A stretch of 64,000 nucleotides of DNA from an uncultured Gemmatimonadales bacterium (GTDB taxonomy: Bacteria > Gemmatimonadota > Gemmatimonadetes > Gemmatimonadales > GWC2-71-9), in NCBI GenBank assembly GCA_963798915.1, contig CAWCVB010000005.1, positions 25,291 to 89,290 of the forward strand, in the 5' to 3' direction. Both the position numbers and the translations under genes were made by a program. The notes below the pieces were generated by a model, which was given only the letters and a program-made list of their open reading frames with translations, made no database searches and was not told the DNA's origin. This document shows, in pieces, positions 57,335 to 64,000 of this stretch (position 1 is its first letter; every line of letters starts with the position of its first letter).

Positions 57335-59144
57335 TTGACCCTCGACTCTCGACGCTTGACCATCAGTCTGGCGCTGCTCTTCGCGCTCCTGGGCCTCCTC
57401 CCCCAGGCACTTTCCCGCACCCTGCCCGATATCGCTTTCCCGCTGTGGGCGGCGGACCGGATGCAGCACGGCGCCCGGCTCTACGTGGACATTCTCGAGA
57501 TCAACCCGCCGCTGTTCATCTGGCTGGATCTGCCGCTGGCCTGGCTGTCGCGGGTCACGGGTCTCGAGTCCATAACGTGGTATCGAGTCGCTGTCAGCCT
57601 TCTGCTGTTCGCGTCTCTTGCCGGTTCGTGGTGGGCGCTCAGGAAAGGCCTGGACGACGAACCGCCGGCCTATCGCCGGCTGCTCTGGCTTGTCGCCGCG
57701 TTTGCGTTGCTGCTCCTGCCCCGGCTCGACTGGGGCGAGCGGGAACATCTCTCCCTTGCCCTGACGCTCCCCTACATCCTGTTGGGCATTGCTCGGGCAC
57801 GGGGGAAGGCCGTGTCCACGCGCGGCGCAGTGCTGGCTGGCCTCGCGGCGGGCATGGGGATCGCGCTGAAACCGCATTTTGTGCTGGTGTGGCTCGGGAG
57901 GGAGCTGGGAATATGGTCGTCAGTCGTCGGTCGTCAGTCGTCGGAGGCGGCAGCTGGTTCTGGATCGCGACGACAGATGACCGATGACCGACGACCCTGG
58001 AGCGGCGCCCGGCTCCTCATCAACGCCGAGGCACTCATCGTCCCTCTCCTCTGCATCGGCTACCTGCTGGCCGTCCAGCTCATTCACCCCGAATACTTCC
58101 ATCTCCTGCGCCAGCTGGGATGGGCCTACCAGCGATTCCTGCGCAACAGCATGCTGATCACGCTCTTGCTGGGCGATGGGTCGGCCATCGTGCTCGGCGC
58201 GCTCATCGTGGCCGTGGCGCTTCGGAAGCTCCCCAAGCATGCTTCCGTGTGGCGGGTGCTGACCGGCTCGATGCTGGGCTATTTTGTGGCCGCGGTGATT
58301 CAGGCCAAGGGATGGCGCTACCATTTCTATCCGGCGCTGGGGCTCGCCATGCTGCTTTTCGCCGCGATGGCGTGGGACGCGTGGCGGCCAGCTCCGAGTC
58401 GTCTGATGCGAGTCTTTGCTGCCATTCCGCCGGCGGCGCTGGCCACCGCGGTGGCGGTGAGCGCCGTGCTGGCCGTGCGGCAGACGGCGCGGCCGCTCGA
58501 TCCGCGCTATGACCCCGATCCCAGTCTTGGCGCGTTGATCCCGATGGTGCAGGAGCGTGCCGCTGGCCGGCCGGTCTTCATCATCAGCCCCAACATGGCG
58601 AGCGGGTTTCCGCTCACCAACTACGCCGGCAATATCTGGCCCTCGCGGCTCTCCAACATGTGGCCGGTGGTGGTGGCCTATGACAGCGCCATCTGGCAGC
58701 CGGCGCCGGTGACGGCTACGTCGGCCCGGGGCGGCAACCGGGCTCGAGCGGCTGGGGCGGCAGATTGCGGTCGAGGATTTTCTCGCCTCCCGTCCTCCGC
58801 TGGTGCTCTCGCTGGTCGCGGTGCACCAGCGGGGCTGGGGAATGCAGCGGCTGGACCTGCTGCAATGGCTCAAGCAGGACGCCAGCTTCCGCGCCGCGTG
58901 GACGGCCTACGACTCCCTCGGCCGGCGCGGCAACTACCTCGTCTGGGCCAGGCGAGACGATGCGCGGGCCGCGGCGCCGCTGGCCGCGGGACAGGCGAAT
59001 ATCTCCGCTGCCAGCGCGGCGCCATCGGAAGTGCGGGTGAACCTGGCGGCGGTCGCGGCGGGCGGTCTCTTCCTGCTGCTGCTGGCGGTCGTCATGCGGC
59101 GGCAGCGGACGGAACCAGTCCCGGAGGAAACCCAATGCGGCTGA
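57335..59144 (+). CDS. Polytopic membrane protein (GT-C-like), split by one extra G at 58714-58715, with an in-frame heptamer hairpin
   Basis: [30 protein letters not shown]; the ORF-track fusion to the GT2 disappears if one G is removed, giving stop 59144; start uncertain. Confidence 0.7.
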
Positions 59145-59836
59145 GCGTCATCATCGCGGCATACAACGAGGAGCGCACCGTGCGCGAGATCGTGCAGCGG
59201 GTGCGGAGCGTCCCGCTGGAACTCGAAATCGTGGCGGTGAACGACTGCTCCAGCGACGGCACCGCGGCCGAGCTGGACCGTCTCAGCGCCGAGGGGCTGG
59301 TGGATGCCGTGGAGCACCATGCGGTGAACCGGGGCAAGGGCGCGGCCATCCGGACCGGCATCGCCCGGGCCAGCGGCGATGTCATCGTGGTGCAGGACGC
59401 AGACCTGGAGTACGACCCGCAAGAGTATCCGGCGCTGCTCGCGCCCATTCTCGCCGACCAGGCCGATGCGGTGTTCGGCTCGCGCTTTCTCGGCGGGCCG
59501 CACCGGGTGCTCTATTTCTGGCACTCGGTGGGGAACCGCTTTCTCACCTTGCTTTCCAACATGCTGACCGACCTCAACCTCACCGACATGGAGACCTGCT
59601 ACAAGATGGTGCGGGCTCCATTGATGAAATCGCTGGTGCTCACCAGCGACCGGTTCGGGTTCGAGCCGGAGCTGACGGCGCGGCTGGCCCAGGCGGAAGC
59701 GCGGGTCTGGGAGATTCCCATCTCCTATGCCGGCCGGACTTATGAGGAAGGGAAGAAGATCGGCTGGCGGGACGGGATGGCGGCCATTCTGCACATTGTC
59801 CGGTTCAACCTCTTTGTCCGGCAGCCGATGCAGTGA
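59135..59836 (+). CDS. Family 2 glycosyltransferase (polyprenol-phosphate sugar synthase-like)
   Basis: [57 protein letters not shown]. Confidence 0.93.
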   Translation: MRLSVIIAAYNEERTVREIVQRVRSVPLELEIVAVNDCSSDGTAAELDRLSAEGLVDAVEHHAVNRGKGAAIRTGIARASGDVIVVQDADLEYDPQEYPALLAPILADQADAVFGSRFLGGPHRVLYFWHSVGNRFLTLLSNMLTDLNLTDMETCYKMVRAPLMKSLVLTSDRFGFEPELTARLAQAEARVWEIPISYAGRTYEEGKKIGWRDGMAAILHIVRFNLFVRQPMQ

Positions 59837-61398
59837 AGCGCGGCCAAGCGGTGCTGCTCGCCGCCATCACGATCGTTGGCGGGTTGCTGCGGCTCTGGTC
59901 ACCCGGTCGCATTGGACTCTGGAGCGATGAGGTGCAGTTCTTGAACCTCTCGGCGCTGCCGGGATATCATGCCATCGTCTCCTTCCTCGTTGCGCACGAA
60001 TCACATCCGCCGCTGCTGTACTTTGTCGCCCATGCGCTGGGCTCGTTCACCGGCAATGCCACTGCCAGCATGGGTGCGCTCAGTCTGGCCGCGAGCATTG
60101 GACTGATCCCGGCCGTGTGGTGGCTGGGTACGCTGGCCGGCCGTCCGGCGACGGGAGCATTGAGCGCCGCGCTGGTAGCGCTCTCAGTTCCGCTCAGCTT
60201 CCTTGGCGTCCAACTTCGACCCTATGCGCTCTTCAGCCTGCTGCTGGTCGTTTCTGCGGCGGCGATGCTCAGGGCAATAGGTTCCCGCCGCACTGGATGG
60301 CGCGCTCTGTGGATAGCGCTACTCCTGCTGCTGCTCTATCTCCATCACCTGGCGATCTTCGTGGTGGCGGCGCAGGTGATCATCGTGGTTGTGGTGCGTC
60401 AGGGAGACGAAACATTCGTTGCCCACGCTGGTCGATGGACGCCGTGGCTGGTGGGACTGGGACTCGCCGCGCTTCCGGACCTGATTCTGCTGTGGCACCA
60501 GTCCCATGTCACGGGCTATCTGCCAGCCCATCCCTCCGGTCCGCTGGCGCCATTGGGGCAGTTCGGGCGGCTGGGCCTGACGGCGCCCGGAGAATTGCTG
60601 CTGGGGCTGGTTGCGTCGATCGCGGTCCTGGTGCGTGGCGGGGGTGTCCGGCGCCGGCAGCTCGCGGATGCGATGCCGGAACCCGTGCGCATCATCGCAG
60701 CGATGTTCCTGGCCTTCTGCCTGTGTCTCATCATCATGGGCTATCGCGCCAGCGTTCTGGTGGAGCACCTGGTGCTTCCCTTTGCGCCGCTGGGCCTGGT
60801 TGCGGCGGGTGCACTCATTGTCGGGAGCGTGACGGCGGGGCGGCGGCTGGCCGTCATGATTTGGATCCAGGGTTCGGTGGTGTGCGTCGCGCTGAGCGCG
60901 ATCTTCAGCGTGGGCCTGGTCAAGACCAACATGGACCTGGTGGCGCGCTACATCGCCGCCGAGGCAACGCCATCGGACCTGGTGCTGGTGATTCCGGGCT
61001 CCTTCGGGCCGGGCCTGAATCAGGTGGAGGGTATCCGGGCCAGCCAGATCGACTACCCTTTCATGGGACCGGTGCAGTTGTTCCCGTTTGATCATTTCAT
61101 GGAACGCATTACTGATGGTGCGGCGTTGGCGGCAGCCCTGGACACCCTCCGGGCGGCGCGTCTGGCTGGCCGCACCGTCTGGCTGGTCCAGCCTGCCAGT
61201 TGGATGCTTGAGGAGACGATGGAGCCTGAGCGGGCCGGCCCGGCCGCAGCGTGGCGCAGCCGGGCCGGGTTCTTGCGAGACTCGCTGGCGGCCAACTTCG
61301 GACATGTCACTCAACCGATCGATACTCACTACGCCTCATGGAGCACGGAACTCGTGACTCTCGAGCGATTTGGGGTCCAACCGGAAGCCAGCCCGTGA
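59833..61398 (+). CDS. Membrane GT-C-fold glycosyltransferase (PMT/ArnT-like)
   Basis: [16 protein letters not shown] motifs; many TM helices; GTGA overlap. Confidence 0.75.
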   Translation: MKRGQAVLLAAITIVGGLLRLWSPGRIGLWSDEVQFLNLSALPGYHAIVSFLVAHESHPPLLYFVAHALGSFTGNATASMGALSLAASIGLIPAVWWLGTLAGRPATGALSAALVALSVPLSFLGVQLRPYALFSLLLVVSAAAMLRAIGSRRTGWRALWIALLLLLLYLHHLAIFVVAAQVIIVVVVRQGDETFVAHAGRWTPWLVGLGLAALPDLILLWHQSHVTGYLPAHPSGPLAPLGQFGRLGLTAPGELLLGLVASIAVLVRGGGVRRRQLADAMPEPVRIIAAMFLAFCLCLIIMGYRASVLVEHLVLPFAPLGLVAAGALIVGSVTAGRRLAVMIWIQGSVVCVALSAIFSVGLVKTNMDLVARYIAAEATPSDLVLVIPGSFGPGLNQVEGIRASQIDYPFMGPVQLFPFDHFMERITDGAALAAALDTLRAARLAGRTVWLVQPASWMLEETMEPERAGPAAAWRSRAGFLRDSLAANFGHVTQPIDTHYASWSTELVTLERFGVQPEASP

Positions 61399-61506
61399 CT
61401 TGGCCTGGCCGAGCGGGCCTCGCTAATGGCTGCTGCCGGGACTCGCAGGCGGCACTCTGTCGTTGCGTCCAGGCCTCAGTGCCGATGGTACGCTCTGGGT
61501 CGGGCA

Positions 61507-63036
61507 ATGCGCCCCGCTGACTCGACGGCTGGCGCAAGCACGCTGGTCGTGGGCGGAGGCCCCGCCGGACTGACGGCCGCGTGGCTGCTGGCGCGGAAGG
61601 GCGTGCCTGTCGTGGTGGCCGAGGCGCATCCGCGTCTTTGGGGCGGCATTTCACGCACCGAGGAGTACAAGGGATACCGCTTCGACATCGGCGGGCACCG
61701 ATTCTTTTCCAAGTCGGCGGCGGTGGAGCAGCTTTGGGATGAGATCCTGCCTGAGCCGATGCTGGTGCGGCCCCGCAAGTCGCGGATCTTCTACCGCGGG
61801 AAGTTCTACTCCTATCCCATACGTCCGTTTGAGGCGCTGGCCAACCTCGGCGGCGTCGAGGCCATCCGCTGCCTTGCGTCCTACGTTGCTAGCCGGCTGC
61901 ATCCTGTCCGCCCGGTACGTTCATTTCAGGACTGGGTGAGCAACGCCTTCGGGCGTCGGCTGTTCGGAATCTTCTTCAAGACGTACACTGAGAAGGTCTG
62001 GGGCATGGACTGCCGGGACATCTCGGCGGACTGGGCTGCCCAGCGGATACGAGGGCTCTCGCTGAGCCGGGCGGTGCTGCACGCATTCCGTCGGCGTCCG
62101 GCCGGCGGCGCTGACACGATCAAGACCCTGATCAACACCTTTCGTTATCCCCGGCTGGGACCGGGAATGATGTGGGACGCCGCAGCCGAGCAGGCAGCCG
62201 CCGCCGGCGCCCGGCTGATGCAAGGCGCGCTGGTGACCGCGCTTCACTGGGATGCAGTCGCAGGGGAGTGGACCGCCAGCGTGAGGCGAGGCGACGAGCA
62301 GGAGACCATCCGCGCCCGCCATGTCGTCTCGTCCATTCCACTGGGCGATCTTCCCGCGATGCTCGCGCCCTCCCTCTCGGCGGAGGCAGCCGAGGCCGCA
62401 TCGGGACTGCGGTACCGGGACTTCCTGACCGTCGCGCTCATCATGCGCGAACGGAACCGATTTGACGATAACTGGATCTACGTCCATGACCCGGGCGTCA
62501 GGGTGGGACGAATCCAGAACTTCAAGTCCTGGTCGCCCGACCTGGTGCCCGATCCGGCCACGGCGTGTTACGGGCTGGAATATTTCTGCAATGCCGGCGA
62601 CAGCGTCTGGACCATGCCTGATAGTGACCTGGTGGCGCTTGCAGCGCGGGAGTTTGCCCAACTGGGACTGGGCAGCACCGATGACCTCCTTGACGGCACC
62701 GTTGTGCGACAGGCGCGGGCCTATCCAGTGTATGACGCCGAGTATCAGGGGAGGGTGGACGTGGTGCGGCGCGAGCTGGACGAGTGCTTCCCCACCTTTC
62801 ATCCGGTGGGTCGGAACGGCATGCACAAGTACAACAACCAGGATCACGCCATGATGACCGCCATGCTGACGGTGGAGAACATTCTGGCCGGCTGTCGGAC
62901 GTTTGACACATGGCAAGTTAATGATGATGCACAGTATCATGAGTCTGGCGAGCGACCACCACGTATTTGGGGAGACGGGGCTTCGAGCAGTGCCGATGCC
63001 GATCGAACCGTGAAGATCACCATTGGGGTTCCGTGA
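61507..63036 (+). CDS. FAD-dependent oxidoreductase (protoporphyrinogen-oxidase / UDP-galactopyranose-mutase-like fold)
   Basis: GGGPAG, GGISRT, DIGGHRFFSK, YTEKVWG, WAAQRI, AYPVY, GRNGMHKYNNQDH. Confidence 0.88.
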   Translation: MRPADSTAGASTLVVGGGPAGLTAAWLLARKGVPVVVAEAHPRLWGGISRTEEYKGYRFDIGGHRFFSKSAAVEQLWDEILPEPMLVRPRKSRIFYRGKFYSYPIRPFEALANLGGVEAIRCLASYVASRLHPVRPVRSFQDWVSNAFGRRLFGIFFKTYTEKVWGMDCRDISADWAAQRIRGLSLSRAVLHAFRRRPAGGADTIKTLINTFRYPRLGPGMMWDAAAEQAAAAGARLMQGALVTALHWDAVAGEWTASVRRGDEQETIRARHVVSSIPLGDLPAMLAPSLSAEAAEAASGLRYRDFLTVALIMRERNRFDDNWIYVHDPGVRVGRIQNFKSWSPDLVPDPATACYGLEYFCNAGDSVWTMPDSDLVALAAREFAQLGLGSTDDLLDGTVVRQARAYPVYDAEYQGRVDVVRRELDECFPTFHPVGRNGMHKYNNQDHAMMTAMLTVENILAGCRTFDTWQVNDDAQYHESGERPPRIWGDGASSSADADRTVKITIGVP

Positions 63037-64000
63037 GTCCTGGATCCACTGCCGCGGCTAGGGGCGCAGCAAGTGTCGTCGTTGAGAAACATGGCAATGC
63101 AACGAGATTGGCTGGCAGCGCGATGATCCTCAGTCCTGTCAGGCCAAATTCTTACCATCAGCCGGTTCGATCGGCATCGTCACGGGCGGCGATCTCAGGC
63201 CTCATGGATGCAAAACCGCGATGTTAGTGGCCGCTCGGCTATCGTTCAACTGGCCTTAAAACTCTGGCAAAAAGCTTTCGCCAGCGGAGCGAACTGGCCG
63301 TGATCGCCGACATGATGAGCTGCCCGACTCCGGCAGCTGGTTCTTCTCTCCATTCTCTCGCACCCCAGTTCTTCCGGGCCACCCCCCCCTTGGAGGTTGC
63401 CAGTGCCGAGTCTCTGTGGGTCGGCTTCGAACCAAAGCGGATGCTGATGGGCGGGTACAGGAGGTTTAATAGGCGCCTTTACGCACCAATGAGGGAGCCT
63501 CGTTAGGCTAATCCGTCTTCGCTTATTCGGGCGAAATGCCGCCGCCACGCGATGGCCCCGCCCTTCATATTTTTCTTCTGCTTCACTGAAGCAATCGGAT
63601 AGCCTCCGTTTGCTTTCCCTCATTCGCTTGTCGTTGCGCCCCGGCTGGCGCAGGTTTCGCGTTATCTGCCCCGATGCCACGACATCGCCTGAATCCCGAA
63701 GGGCCAGCCCTCTGGCCGCTGGTGTGGCGCGACACGCGTTGGCCGGTAGTGATAATGGCGTTCCATATCGCCCTCGCCTTGATGGTTACCTGGCTTGGCG
63801 TCATGCAGATAGAACAGCCACGGTTCTGGCGCATCACCGGCTATGTCCATGGCTTGATTGGTTTTTGCGCGCCTATCCCATTCCTTTTCGCTGCGGAGAT
63901 GATCCGGCACCGGTCCATCAGACGCTTTCAGCGGCGATACATCACGATCCGGTCATTCATTGGCGTCCTCGTGGTCCTGCTCTTTGTGGCCCAGGAGAGC

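Noticed and set aside
57335..59836. 833-aa membrane protein-GT2 fusion from the ORF track
   Set aside because: The linker is out-of-frame sequence caused by one extra G near 58714. The GT2 has its own SD and ATG at 59135.
63037..64000. Genes or ncRNA in the lower-GC terminal kilobase
   Set aside because: Only short ORFs with no recognizable motifs. I cannot support a call, though it may be the edge of an accessory region.

Overview
GC-rich, gene-dense bacterial chromosomal window. The gene content (Hanks-type kinase-TPR protein, tandem propeller lipoproteins) suggests Gemmatimonadota, which is an inference. About 50 CDS are supported: a translationally coupled addB-addA-WYL-WYL operon, transport and metabolic genes, a MarR/TetR-TolC-MFP-RND efflux locus, a radical SAM-HhH gene, a GMC operon, oligopeptidase B, a hicAB-like module, a STAND-like ATPase and a glycosylation locus. 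I saw no rRNA, tRNA, CRISPR array, transposase, integrase or reverse transcriptase. The most striking feature is non-coding. More than 30 short tandem arrays with 7-, 8- or 9-bp periods follow a consistent polarity (G-rich arm left, C-rich arm right). They form long inverted arms around two Avd/23S-IVS-like four-helix-bundle genes and a Uma2 nuclease gene. They also occur as empty hairpins and as hairpin insertions inside proteins, three of them in ptrB. I propose this as a candidate undescribed repeat-propagating element system. Five single-base indels break otherwise intact genes and are probably assembly errors.
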